Shown here: positions 36,008 through 47,928 of the stretch, one piece after another
Numbering within the stretch: the stretch's first letter is position 1
Layout of the letters: each line of letters opens with the position of its first letter
Source: Amoebophrya sp. A120
Taxonomy: Eukaryota; Protista; Dinoflagellata
DNA: 64,000 bases
Direction of reading: 5' to 3'
Assembly (NCBI GenBank): GCA_905178155.1
Contig: CAJINV010000004.1
Coordinates: 5,392,258-5,456,257, forward strand
The notes under the pieces: model-generated
The model's input: only the letters and a program-made list of their open reading frames with translations
Told to the model about the DNA's origin: nothing
Databases searched by the model: none
Program-made: the position numbers and the translations under genes

Positions 36008-39000
36008 ATGGCACTGCGTCGTCAGCCGACCGACCAAGTCGCCCAGGAGTTTGTCCAACGGGCGCAGATGGACGTATAATTTTTGGAACATGATGCGTTT
36101 TTCTGATGCAGAATTGATGTTGCTTTGGAAACAGATGACTTATGGACTCTTCAGAAATAAACTGAATCTACATCAAATACAGCCCGACGCTACCCTCCTG
36201 GCCGCGATTGAACACGTCTATCGTCAAGAAGGCCGCGCGCGTACTCGGTTGACTTCTCGTGTGCAGTTTTTGAGCCGCCTCGACAACGAGCAGATCAACT
36301 CGCAGCTGTCGTGTCCGTTTGAGCAAACATATGCATTACAAATTACCCTTGCGCTTCACTCTTTGCATGATGATAGCGTCGTGATAAAAAACAGCTGGTC
36401 ATGCGTGATTGTCATGCGTTACGAGCATAGTTTACACCTTTGGCGAGGCTGTGGCGCAGCGCAAGTTTCCCTTGCATACTTTCATTGCCCGCCACATGCT
36501 CCGCCTGCCCGGACCGGTGAAGCTGTGCTTGCACTCGCGCACGGACTACCTGCACCGCGAAATCATGACCATGACCACCCGCGATTTTAACGGGATCACT
36601 CCCGTCCAGGAGTTACGTGTGGCCGTATTAATGCATGAGTTATTTGCTTCAAATTTGCGGCGATAAGAGCGCGTTTTTCTGCGCATGCAAAAAGATAGAT
36701 CTGTCATGCAAAAAGCACCACTCGACGTGATGAATTCGTGAAGTGTTATCGACATGAACAAAAAACCACTACAGAGCCACCTTGTGGGTCGTTATCAATC
36801 CATAAGTGATGAGCAGTCGGCGGCGCGTGCTCTCGCTTCCTGCGCGAAGTTAATGCCCCTGCTCCGCTTCGAGGCCAGCAAGGTGCAGCTGGAGATGGCT
36901 GCCGTCCACGCGCTGTGTCAGGGTTCCTTGTATCGTCGCGGGAACACCCAGCAGACCCGCACCCTGTCCGACTTTTCTGCCTGGTATCAGTACCTGTTTT
37001 GCAAAGAGGGACTTTTGATTTCTAGGTGAGCAACAGATGCTCCTGCATGACATGCAACGCCAAAACTCCTTTTAGAAATGGAAATTTGTAACGCAAAAAG
37101 TGATACCGTAACAGGGCCCAGGGTCGCGGTCGCGCCTACTGCGCCGGTGCTACTCCGTTGACCGAGATCAAGGAGAACTGCGAGTTGATCCAGGGTGCCT
37201 TGTTGAGCAAGCAGGTCCGCCAGCTGGAGACCATCGCTGTGAACGACGTGCTGGGAGCCGGTGATCCGGATCAGCCCCAGACGGTCCAGGAGCTGTTTTT
37301 CGAGAAGATCTCCGAGGTGCAGTATAGTGAGTGCTTTTTCTAGAAAAAAGTATCAGGCTTCTCATGCTTTCCGTAAGAGGATCACGCCAGTCATAGGAGG
37401 AGAGAGAGATGCTTCTTTTTGAGACAGATTTGCACGCTTTCACGTACCTTTGCCGCGTATAATTCTATCTTTATCATTTCAAAACTCCATACCTTCAGGT
37501 GCTAGAGAAGGCTGCCACGGATGAGTTGTTGATCGTCGTGAAGAATGAGATCAAGGAGTTGCTCCGTACTGGCAACCCCACTGCCACGGACATGTATGTG
37601 AGTGAGAACATAAGAAGGTCACTTGAGATATGATGCTCGTGCTTGATAACCTCGTGTCATGGTGGCCATGCGAAGACATGCGTGGAATTTTGAGCTTTGT
37701 CATGCAGAAACAGAATATCTTAGAGCTCGGACAGCTGTATCGGTATTTCGAACAAAAAAGCTCGCCAGACATGCACGAAAATCGAGCATCATAGCCCATC
37801 CCGCCTTCTCCACTTTTGCTTGCATAATCTCCAGTCGGTTGAGCGTGCGTTCTCCACGTCCCCGTGCCCGGAGATGTTGTACTGGAACGCTGCTGCCGCC
37901 GCGCACTCGTACATGGGCGATACGGATATCGATGACCTGGTATGAAAGTGCTTCTTTTTGAGTTGTAGAATCAGCTACGCCAAAGCGTCTTCATTACGAC
38001 CTATATTCGCACGCTGCGTTGCTGTTCAAAAATCCGGAGCAGTCGTTGTTTCTTTACGCATGCAGGACGACAATTTCAAAACTTAAAAACAACTATAAAT
38101 AACAACAGCGCCAGATGTGGTTTCGTACGTACTTGACCAACATCATCAACTGGATGGGCCGCGACTCCGGTCCGCACCCGGTCTTGCAGTGCATGGACAC
38201 CTTGATCACCCGCGTTAAGGAGGGGTTTCCGAAATGCCAGAAGCTTCCCCAGAACACCTTCTTGGAGATGACCGGCCGCTTTCGGAGCCAGCTCCTCGCC
38301 ATGGACCAGAACCGTATTGATGGAGAATTTTCCACGTTGAAGGGGCAGTTGACCGCCATGACGACTACCTGCGAGAACGCCCTTCCGTTCGACCAGCGCG
38401 ATGGGATTCTGGAGATGTCCGGCGTCAGCGACTTCTTCGTGAACTTCCCGGTCCCGGATCGCAGCCCGGTGAAGCCGTTGTGCGACTTGTGTGTCATGAT
38501 CTGCAACGTCTTCGCCAACGGGCCGGAGAACCTGAACATCCAGAACATCGCCCGCGATGCTCTGACGATGAAGAACGAGTACGATCAGAAGTTCGTTGGG
38601 GCGTTTCCCTCCATGATCGACGCCGCGCAGGGATTGCTCACGGCTTTCGTGAAGATGATGCAGTCCACGGAGGAGGGGGCGCTCCGGACGCACCTTTCCA
38701 ACGGTACAATAAGACTAAGAGCGAAAAGATGACGTTGCGAGGGAGGAGTGTTGATTTTTGACGCGAGCGCTACAACCACTCAGAGGCGCGTATGAAAATC
38801 GGTCCCGTGCATACAAATTTCAATTTCAACTACACAAAACTACTCACAGGTCAGTACGACCAGGCCATGGCGGAGCTCAACCGCATGGAGCTCCCCATGG
38901 CGTTCTTGGACATGGACGTCCGGCAGCGTCTTTACAAAGAGATCGAGAGGGAGCGTCCCGTTGCCGGTGCCGCCAAAGCTGCCGGTGGTCCCGCGGGGAA

Positions 39001-39145
39001 CGGTGAACCCGCGCCCCAACGACGACGCATCAGCATCAACTTGCACCAGGCCGTGCCGCAGCAGCCCGCTGCCCAGATTGGTGTGATCCCGAATCCGGAT
39101 GATGATCCCACGCTCAATGCGGACACTGCGGAAGTCGACGTGTGA
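36008..39145 (+). CDS. Multi-exon uncharacterised cargo protein of the giant element
   Basis: GC-rich exons alternate with ~100-200-bp GT...AG introns: MALRRQPTDQVAQEFVQRAQMD / PDATLLAAIEHVY.. / ..MWFRTYLTNII..THLSNG / QYDQAMAELNRM..AEVDV*. Confidence 0.6.
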
Positions 39146-40509
39146 TTTTGCTATTCAGAATTAGAAATAGCACTGTCGTCAAAGTAGAATTGATAACCAC
39201 GCGCACCGCGCTGGCACCTGTATGATGATGATTACACCTCGGCACTCTTTTCCTTTGACTTTCGACTATACTATACCTGAGAAGGGGCAGTGGTAAATCT
39301 GCCATGCTTAGTGACCTTCTTCTGTTTCTACAACAAATGCACAATTCCACTTTGGCCATCAGTTTTCGATCATAGAGCTTGTTGTATGATGTAACAGCAC
39401 AAGTGATTTAAGCCCCTACACTTTGCGCACGGGGTGCAATTTAGTAGGAGTTACTAGCTTGAGTGAAAAACCGTTGGGCTCTAGTGACAAACATACTCCA
39501 GCACTCACATCGTGGTGGAGGATACAATTTCTACACAGGGGGTCGAGAATCTAATTGTAAAAATTATTATTATTGATTTTTTTAGTGTGGAGGCGTGAGT
39601 TTCTGATGACTAGTTCTGCACTGTACATAGAGTTTTGCAATTCGGAATTGGTGTAAAGCCAGAGTCTGAATTGTCAAATTTCACTTTGGGGTTGGAAAAG
39701 AAAAATACAAACGCGATACACATTCTAGGTAGTAGAACTTTTATTGTTCGCGTTACACATGGCACAAGCAGCACAGGTCGGTGGAAGAATTCGGTGAAAG
39801 AACTTGGAAACTCGGTCGAAAGACGCGCGCACATGAAGGCTTGGTAGTGATGGAGTCGGAGACTCGGTGTGAATGTGTGTTTGTATGCCAGAGCTGGCAA
39901 GCGTCGTCGGTGTGCCCGTAGCTGCGATAGTGAAAAGGCTCGCGGTGATGGAAAAGGGGACTCGCGAATAGAACAAAAGAGCCGCTAGTTCTCACATCGT
40001 ACACACACTCTTCTATGCTAATCGTCCTTCATAGTAGCAACTCAAACCAGAACACTCTTAGACCAGTTTCGCAATCTCAGCCGCTTCTCAAAAAAAAACG
40101 ATCATCTTGTATACGTAACTTCACAACTTCGCAAAATCTCGCTTCTACTTCACATCTATCACAAGAAAAAACACAATCTTCACATCTACAGCGTACATGC
40201 TCGCGTCATACATAGCTTTACACTTTTTACATTCAGACTTGTAGCCACACATGCACACTTGCTGATACAAAATGGAAGCCGCCTCCCCGGGCGGGATATA
40301 AGTTCGGGCGTATTGCAAAACTGGCAAGAGATCGCGCGCAAAGAAAGAAGTTCTTACTCATGCATAGGTGCGTAGTCCGTTCATACACATACACGGCTGC
40401 GCCGTCCGATCGATCTGATTATGCTTTTCGTGTGGACATACAAACACACTGCAGGAGCGACTAGTACTACACAGCTACCAAAACACGCTTAACGCAGCTC
40501 CCGCTGAGC

Positions 40510-41200
40510 TTTGCGATTGTGGCGAAGGGCGATTGTGGCGAAGGGCGACTGTGGACCGCCCGGTCGACGGGCAATTGTGGATGTGGCGAAGGGCGACTGT
40601 GGATGTGGCGAAGGGCTGTTTGGAAGAAGGGCGATTGTGGATGTGGCGAAGGGCGATCGTGGATCCGCCGCCGACAGCTGCGATTGTGGACGCGACAGTG
40701 GCCACTGCGGGTGGAGCGTGGAATGCGAGAAGCGGGTGGAGCGGCCGACGCGAAAATGTGGATGCGACAGTGGCCACTGCGGGTGGAGCCGTGGATGCGA
40801 GACGGCGGTGGCGCGGCGACTGCGAAATGTGGATGCGGCAGTGGCCACTGCGGGTGGCGCGGTGGACGCGAGACGGTGGTGACACGGCGGCTGCGAAATG
40901 CGGATGCGGCAGTGGCCACTGCGGGTGGAGCGGTGGACGCGCGATGCGGGTGGAAGTGCGGCTGCGAAATGTGGATGCGGCAGTGGCCACTGCCGGTGGA
41001 GCGGTGGACGCGAGATGCGGGTGGAGCGGCCGCTGCGAAATGTGGAAGCGGCAGTGGCCACTGCGGGTGGAGCGGTGGATGCGAGACGAGTGTGGAGCAG
41101 CGGCTGCGAAAAGTGGATGCTGCAGTGGCCACTGCGGCTGTCGCGGTGGATGCGACATGCGGGCGGAACGACGGCTGCGGAATGTGGACTGCGAATGGAG
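40510..41200. repeat. Minisatellite: ~16-22-bp units (gcgattgtgg(atgtgg)cgaagg) followed by 7 copies of a ~71-bp unit
   Basis: gtggccactgc at 40698, 40770, 40841, 40912, 40983, 41054 and 41125. Confidence 0.9.
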
Positions 41201-41754
41201 CCTCCAGCTGTAGCTCTGCTACCAACGCGTGGAGGCGTGCTGCTGACGGGTGGATGTGGATTGCGGATACCAGCGTGCTGGCGACGCGCAATCGCAACTG
41301 CGGACGGAGCGGAGACGGGACGCGGAAAATACGGCGTTCACTGCGACGACAGCGGGGAGCGGAACTGCAGACACGACTCAAACATATGCGGAATCTAGTT
41401 TACAGTGAGTATTGTGAAGCTTGCATGAGGTGGTGGCTCTCTCTGATCAAAAAAAAAAGCAGGTGGCGAACACAAATCCGAACGGCGACATTTACGGGCG
41501 ACGACCATCATCGCGTTGTGCTTTTTCTAATCACAAAAAGCTCAAATTGCGTGCGTAGACTTGTAGTCTGCGGCGATGCGGGCATGATGCCTAAACAAGA
41601 ACACCTTCGCGAGCCGGCGATCCCCACCTGATGTTGGTTGAGGTGGGAGGCCGGCCAGTTTGGTGCTCGCGAAAAAAATACTTTCCAAAGAAATCCGGAA
41701 GAAATCCGAAATCCGGGGCCCATCAGAGCGCGGCGGCGCCAAGTCTTCCACTTT

Positions 41755-41991
41755 CTCGCCACCATCCGCACTGCCGTCCGGCTGCAGGGTCTGGGAGGAT
41801 TTACCCTGGGAGGATTTACCCTTTCCGCTCCCGCGGAAGTTCTTCGCGTCGTCCTCGTAGGCAGTCACCTCCCCCATTTTGCCCAGCGATTGCACCGCTG
41901 CCAGGGTGGTAACAACATGGCCACGCTTACCGCACCGGTTCGCGGGTTTGCTGCGCATTTTCGTGCCGGAGGAAGCTGCGACGAGAGTCAT
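41755..41991 (-). CDS. 5' part of the host ORF interrupted by the giant element
   Basis: MTLVAASS..VVTTLAAVQSLG..NFRGSG..GSADGGE; in frame with 27314-27697. Confidence 0.45.
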
Positions 41992-43043
41992 TTTGTCGAA
42001 CGAAGGAAAATATGTCACGCTGGTCCTTAATACCGGATCGGGGAGAGGTTTTCTCCACTTGAGCCAGTTTAAAAGTTCTCTTACCGCTCAATCAATCACC
42101 TATCTCTAGTACCTGCACCTTGTAGACTTGTCAGAAGAAGACCATCAGTTCTGTAGTTGAAGAAAAAACCCCCGAAGCAAAAGTCACTCTGCAGTATCTC
42201 CCTGCTTCCCTCCACCCTGACGTCCTCTCCGGCCAAACATGTCCAATACGCTCACTCTGAAGATTTTTCTGAAACGAAAAATAAAACCACTCGCGCACAA
42301 GATTTGAACATGGAGACGGAAAGGTGCATATTTATCCGGATTCTATTTTTTCCGAGGCAAAAAACCTACGCTTGTTTCATGTCGTGAAAAGAACATTTGT
42401 GGTTTCAAACAACGATCATAAAGCCACGATTTTTTGATTAGAAGTCCACACTCCTTTTCATCGCGTAGTAGATTTACTATACTCATCTTACATTTTGGCT
42501 TCCATTTAATCCTGCCCCAGTAGGGGCGACAGAGTTTCTCTTTTCGGTCGCGCATCGCAGCGGGCTGCGAAAGAGCTCCTTTACCTGTCGAAAGTCACGC
42601 CCTCGTGCTGTGACTGCTGGACCTGGTTTTGTTGTTTCTCTTGCTCCGAGATCGTGTTCCCGCCCTTCTGCAGCTGTGGTTTGATTCCTTTTTCTAGCGG
42701 CTGTTTTTGCGGCGCAGGAGCCTTCGTTTGTTGCGTCGCACCCTTCATCTGTTGCGACGCACCCGTCGTCTGTTGCGACGCACCCTTCAACATCTGTTAC
42801 GACGCAATCCTCGGTCTTCACGGAGCACGTTTCTGTAGTTGCGGCGGACCACCCTTCTGTTGCTCCGGGTTTCCCCTCGACCATGGCTTTTTGTCCTGTA
42901 CTCCCCCCTGCTTCCAATTCTGCATGGTCGTGTGAAGAAGATCTACTGACCAGTAAAAGATCCCCCTTAATTATACGCCTGTTCTCCTTGCGCACCATCC
43001 TCCTCTTCTTGCGTCTTCCGGGAACATCAATTTTCTGCTGTAG

Positions 43044-46000
43044 TTACTCACGACCCTGCGCCTTCCCCTGCTTGATGTTGTTTCCGCCGTCCTTTTGATT
43101 GATGAGAGAGGCCGGGAGAAAGCGAAGAGACGGTTTTGCTTGCTTTGTTTTCCCCGGCGCACCGTAGTTCTCCCTGTCCTCAGCCACCACGTGGTGGTCC
43201 TCGCCCAGATCTGTCTTCTGTCCCGCCGAGGCGGTTTTGTTCTTCGAAGCGGCTGCTCGGGCCTTTTTCCCGCCCTTCCTTGAAGAAGATGTTGAGGCAG
43301 TTTCCTTCCTTTCCTCCGCTGTGGTTTTCATTTTGATAATATCAATAGCCACTTCTTCACCTGCTGCCCCCTCGCTGGTCCTCTCATCCATGATCGCCCC
43401 ACGACCCGCAGCTTCGGCGCCGCTGGTGACCGGTGCTTTTTCATCATCCGACAAGAAGGAAACAGCTTCTTCGTGGAGGTCGTTGCTCTGCTTACCGTTC
43501 TTGCCCTTCGTCTTCTTCTGTACCACAGAGCCAGCACGAGAAGCTCGCGAGGAACGTGTGGTGGAGGACTGGGACTGTAGTTTATCTCTGTCTTTATCTT
43601 TATTTCCTACTGGAGACGAGGATTGTACGACCACTTCCTCTGCACAACTGTCACCCAGACTCTCCTCAACCTCTGCCTCGTCGTTGTCAACAAGTGGAAT
43701 CGGCCGTAACATGTTCGAAAATTGTTCACCAGGCCGCCCTCGGGGTGGAGTAGAAGAGGCCGACGCGGCCGATTCTTGTGCGGCCGCAAAGCCACTGCTA
43801 TAATTCAAGTTGCTACCCAGCAGCTGCCCGGATGGAGACGATGTAGATGCCGACAACTCTCGTCCTCCTGTTTTACAACTTTTTCTAGCGGTTTTTTGTT
43901 GTACCAGTTCTACTTCGGCTGCTGGGGCTAAAAGGTCGTCGTCGTCCTCGTGGTCGCTTTGGCTTTCGCTAGAATCTTTATCGTCACAATTATTTTGTTC
44001 ACTATCTTCCTTATCCATCACAGCCGCCACACTCTCCTCCATCTTCAACGCCGGCAGAGGTTTAGTGGCAGTAGTAGTAGTATTTCCATAAAAACTTCTT
44101 CCCCCGCCTCTCCAACCCCACCCCGCCTTCATTTCCTCAATCCGGGTGTCCTCGCGCCCCTGCCAGCCACTCCCGGTCGCCTTCCAGAGTTCCTGGTACC
44201 CCTCCCGCAACTCCGCACCCAAGGTCCGCGGGCGCGGCAGCCCGCGGCGGTCGAATTCCATCTGGAGCTGCATTTCCCGGTCCCACCCGAGCACATCCGC
44301 CTTGGATTTTCGTTTATTGGTACTTCTAGCAGTTTCGCTTGCTTCTTCCTTGGTGTACCGGCTTTTTTGCACTTTTTTCGGGCGGAGCAACTTCCCCGTC
44401 TTCTCGTCGACAATTTCAAAGCTGTTTTTGTCCGCATCCACCACCAAATCCGCCCCGTACCGCAGCTCGCTGTTCCGCACGTCCACGTACCGCGCCCAGT
44501 AGCCGTCGTCATGCTCCACGCTGCTGTTTTTGTACTGCCGCACCCGCCCGCGCGTGCCGCTGGTCCACATGCTTCGGTAGCCGTAGGTGAACGCGGACAC
44601 CTGGACGCACCGGTCCTGCAGGTACACCCGCCGCCACAGCGGGGCCGCGCGCGTGCGGAACCCGGCCGTGTCGCGGTGGAAGTACTCCGCCAGGGTTTGG
44701 AAGGTTTTCTCGTCCAGCGTGATCGGACAAATGTAGTGGTTGTAGAAACGCCGCTTGTTCGGCAGCCAGTGCTCCAGGTTCGCGTGTTGGTCCAGTAGCG
44801 CGTATTTGGACCGCTTAGAAACAACCACTTTGTCGCGAAAGAAGTTCTTCTGGCTGTAGAAAAACGCGACGAGAAGGTAAAAGGCGGAGAGCCGCAGGTC
44901 GATTTCGAAGATGAATGCGTGGTCTTTATTTATTTTCGTGTGGTTTTTACTTTTAGTACCTTCGACAACTCCTGATGATGCTGTACAGGGTGTGGAGGAG
45001 GTCGCGGTTGCCGTCGTGGTCCTCGTGAAACAGGATTCCGGCAGCAGCGCCGCCAGATCCGGCCGCAGGGAATGATTGGAACAAGCAGCTGGTCCTCGCT
45101 TCTGTCCCGGTAGTTTCGAGCAGGAGCTCGTCGAACTTGATGCTGAGCCAGAAGTAGAAGCAGCTGTAGAAGATTTTCCCAGAACTCCATCAGCCGTGGT
45201 CATCCAGTCCTCAGTGTTCATCTTCCTCTTTTCCTCCTTTTCTACCGCAAGAAGTTCCGCGACTTGCTCCAGCCGCTGTCTTTCCACCAGTACGTTCCGC
45301 TGGCCCCGCACGAAGGGGAGGAGAATGGAAATCAAAAACTCCCACACCTCCTGGTACACCTCCCCCCGCCTGCGGTCGATGGACGCCACGACGCTCGCGC
45401 CGGACCGCTGGAAAAACCGCTTGAAGTGCGGCCAGGAACGGGGCGTATTCAGGAGCTCGGGCGCGGCTGCTCCGGACGAATCCTCTTCTAACAGCGGGTA
45501 CTTGTGTCGTGGTTTATTTTTGCCGGTGGAGGGGGCACTTGTCGTGTCTTGTTCTGCAAGAAGTTGTTCTTCTTCCTCTTCGCTTGACTCCATTATGTTC
45601 TGCATCATTTCGGGTACGACCTCCAGCGGAGGAACAATATTCTTCCCGTCGCCACCGCTACCCAAAAGGGAAGAAGAGGATGAATTTCCACCGCCCGAGT
45701 CTCCTTGTACACGACCTCCTCCGCGCTCTCTTTTCTCTACTTCCTCCTCCCTTTCTTTCTCCAAACCCAGCACCTCCGCCTCGTACGCGAGCAGCACGAA
45801 AACTATGTCGTCGTAGAAGGAAATGCCGCGTTGCTGGGCGATGACCAGGGGCTCCATGACGTGGTGCCCGGTGGCCCGGTTCGGGTCGTGCGTTTGGTGG
45901 TACTTGACCAAAAGCTCCGCCAACGGCGCCGGCTTCCACCCGTGGTCCGGTTTCAGGAGCGTGTAGTAGGCACGCAGCCACCGGTCAAACAGGTCCAGCT

Positions 46001-47090
46001 ATCAAAATGAAAAATCCCTCCTCCCCATATTGAAACGGAAACTTCTGTTGCTGGATTTGTGTACACAAATCAGCCCTGTCTTGCAGCGAGGCACTACAGG
46101 CAAAGCCTCAGCCTGCGTAGGGGTGTTTTGTTGTAGGCTCTTGGCATCAGAGAGGCCTGCCATGTAGGTGAAACGGCATTACAAATCGCCTCCATAAGGC
46201 GGCGGATTCTTTGGGTTTGCCTTCTTGCAAGACAGATGTGATCTGTGACCTCAAATCCGCAACACAAATTTTTGGAAACATTCTTTTTCGATATGGGGAG
46301 GGGGGATTTTTCCTCTCGATACCAGCTGCTTGTTCTCCCCCAGGGGGTCTTCCAGGTCAAAGTCGTCCGAGGAACCGGAATCGGACCTTTCCTCGTCCGC
46401 GATAGGCAGGAGGTGAGCATTGGTCGTATGATGCTCTACTCCGTTGAAAGAATCCTTCCTCTCAAGATGAACTACAGGATCCACTACAACTCGGTTGTCC
46501 TCTTTTTTACCGGCGAGGACTTTTTGCTTTTGTCCTTTCATCACCTTCGCTTGTTTATTCCCTTTCGCCTTGGCCGCGCTGGCCTGCTTCTTCACGTCGC
46601 CCTTGGATGATTTTTTTGGAACAGCTTTGGAGGGGGCGACCTTCTTTATCTTTTCAACATCTTCATCTGCGGGTAAAAACACTTCTGCATCATCTTCCGG
46701 CACTTTTTGTTCATCGCCAGCAACCTTTTGTTTCTTCGAGTGATTTTTGCTGTTGTCGCTCAAAGGAGCTGCAGCACTACAACTACTTCGCCTTCTTTTA
46801 GTACTATTTTTTCCGGTTTTTTTGTTCGCTAGTAGTGCAAGAACTTTATCATCTTCTGCGACCGGCGCGACTTCATTGTTCTCTTCTTCGGCATGCCCCT
46901 CCTCCAACTCCGTCTCGGCATCGTGGCTGGGCTCATTCGTGCCTGCCTCGATGCAACCGTATGATTTTTCCCCATTTGCCTGTAGTAAAGATGCTGCATG
47001 CTGTTCTTGCTGAGAGGAGTGCCACTGCTCTTCTTCAAAAGCCACCTGCTGGTCCGTCCCTAGCTGCTGTACATTTCCTTTGGCTGTCAT
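43044..47090 (-). CDS. Large low-complexity protein with a possible SNAPC1 (SNAP43)-like domain; 2 exons
   Basis: ORFs 46251-47090 and 43044-45923 join (KQL-DLFDRW) on removing 46000-46321+5 bp. RLSAFYLLVAFFYSQ resembles the SNAPC1 R.GALYLLY.LY.TQ motif (recalled, not searched). Confidence 0.55.
46000..46321. mobile_element. Introner/MITE family E
   Basis: Ends tatcaaaatgaaaaatccctcctccccatat / atatggggaggggggatttttcctctcgata; perfect TSD CCAGC. Confidence 0.9.
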
Positions 47091-47928
47091 TGTTCACACA
47101 AGATATACTGAGAGAGAGGTCTACTTTGGTACTTGTACTATGACTGGTATCACTCTAAAGATCTGCTCTGGTATCCTTCTACCATGGCCGGGTGCGTCAA
47201 TATCATCTTCATCTGCTAAAAATCTTTACTTTTTTTTACTTTTTACTGGACTGACTTTCTGTTTCACATTCATTTGTGGCTTTTTTTAGGAAACAAGCGG
47301 ACAAATTTGAGAAGAAACGAGAAACCAAAATTTTTTCCTCTGTGAAATTTTTATATCGATCAATTTATTGCGTATCATATTAGAACCGCATCCTTGCTAT
47401 TCCTACCCCGTTTCACTGAATTATCTCGTGGCTCCGCACAATTCTTGATCTTTGGGCTTCAGGGGACACACAACAGATCTTCGCGAATGATCGCTAACTT
47501 TTGTCGACGCAGAGTCGCGACAGAGGTTACAGGATCTTCCTTTTCTTCGTCTCAAGGCGATAGAACGCGATTTTGATCTATCAGGGATCTTCGGTTCTCT
47601 TCTGTTGCTTCATCGGACGAAAATAGCCACGACTACATGATGATTATGGATCAACACGAGGTCAGCGCCCTAGATACATGATCGCAAGCTACAGCTACAC
47701 AGCAGTAGTTTCATCTGCCGAGATGGAACTTGTTTGATGTTCTTGCTCATTTTACAGAAACACTTTTGCGCTAAAGCCCCGGAAGAATTAGAAGACTCTC
47801 CGCGGACGTCTTGCTAAACGTCGAATTTACAGATGTACATTCGCTAAGAGCGACACCGAAACTCTTCCCCGACATCAAACGATATGCTGCACCCCGCTCC
47901 TCGACAAGAGCCGCAGCCGCCTTCTCCT

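Larger units (their letters stand above)
27704..41754 (+). mobile_element. Giant (~14 kb) hAT-like DNA transposon with cargo genes
   Basis: Imperfect terminal inverted repeats (~27704-27788 vs ~41668-41752, core cggatttcttccggatttctttggaaa), flanking direct repeat CTCGCC (27698-27703, 41755-41760), internal DDE transposase, subterminal repeat arrays, genes opposite to the host strand. Confidence 0.65.

Noticed and set aside
40467-41631. Long ORFs (190-370 aa) on both strands
   Set aside because: They arise from a stop-poor 71-bp minisatellite whose period is not a multiple of 3.
42491-42500. Partial dinoflagellate spliced-leader match (cattttggct)
   Set aside because: Only 10 nt, not upstream of a same-strand gene, and expected by chance.
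42483-42998. 171-aa minus-strand ORF with short VATD(E/D)GC repeats
   Set aside because: Could be a small gene or a downstream exon of 43044-47090, but there is no motif or splice evidence to support a call.
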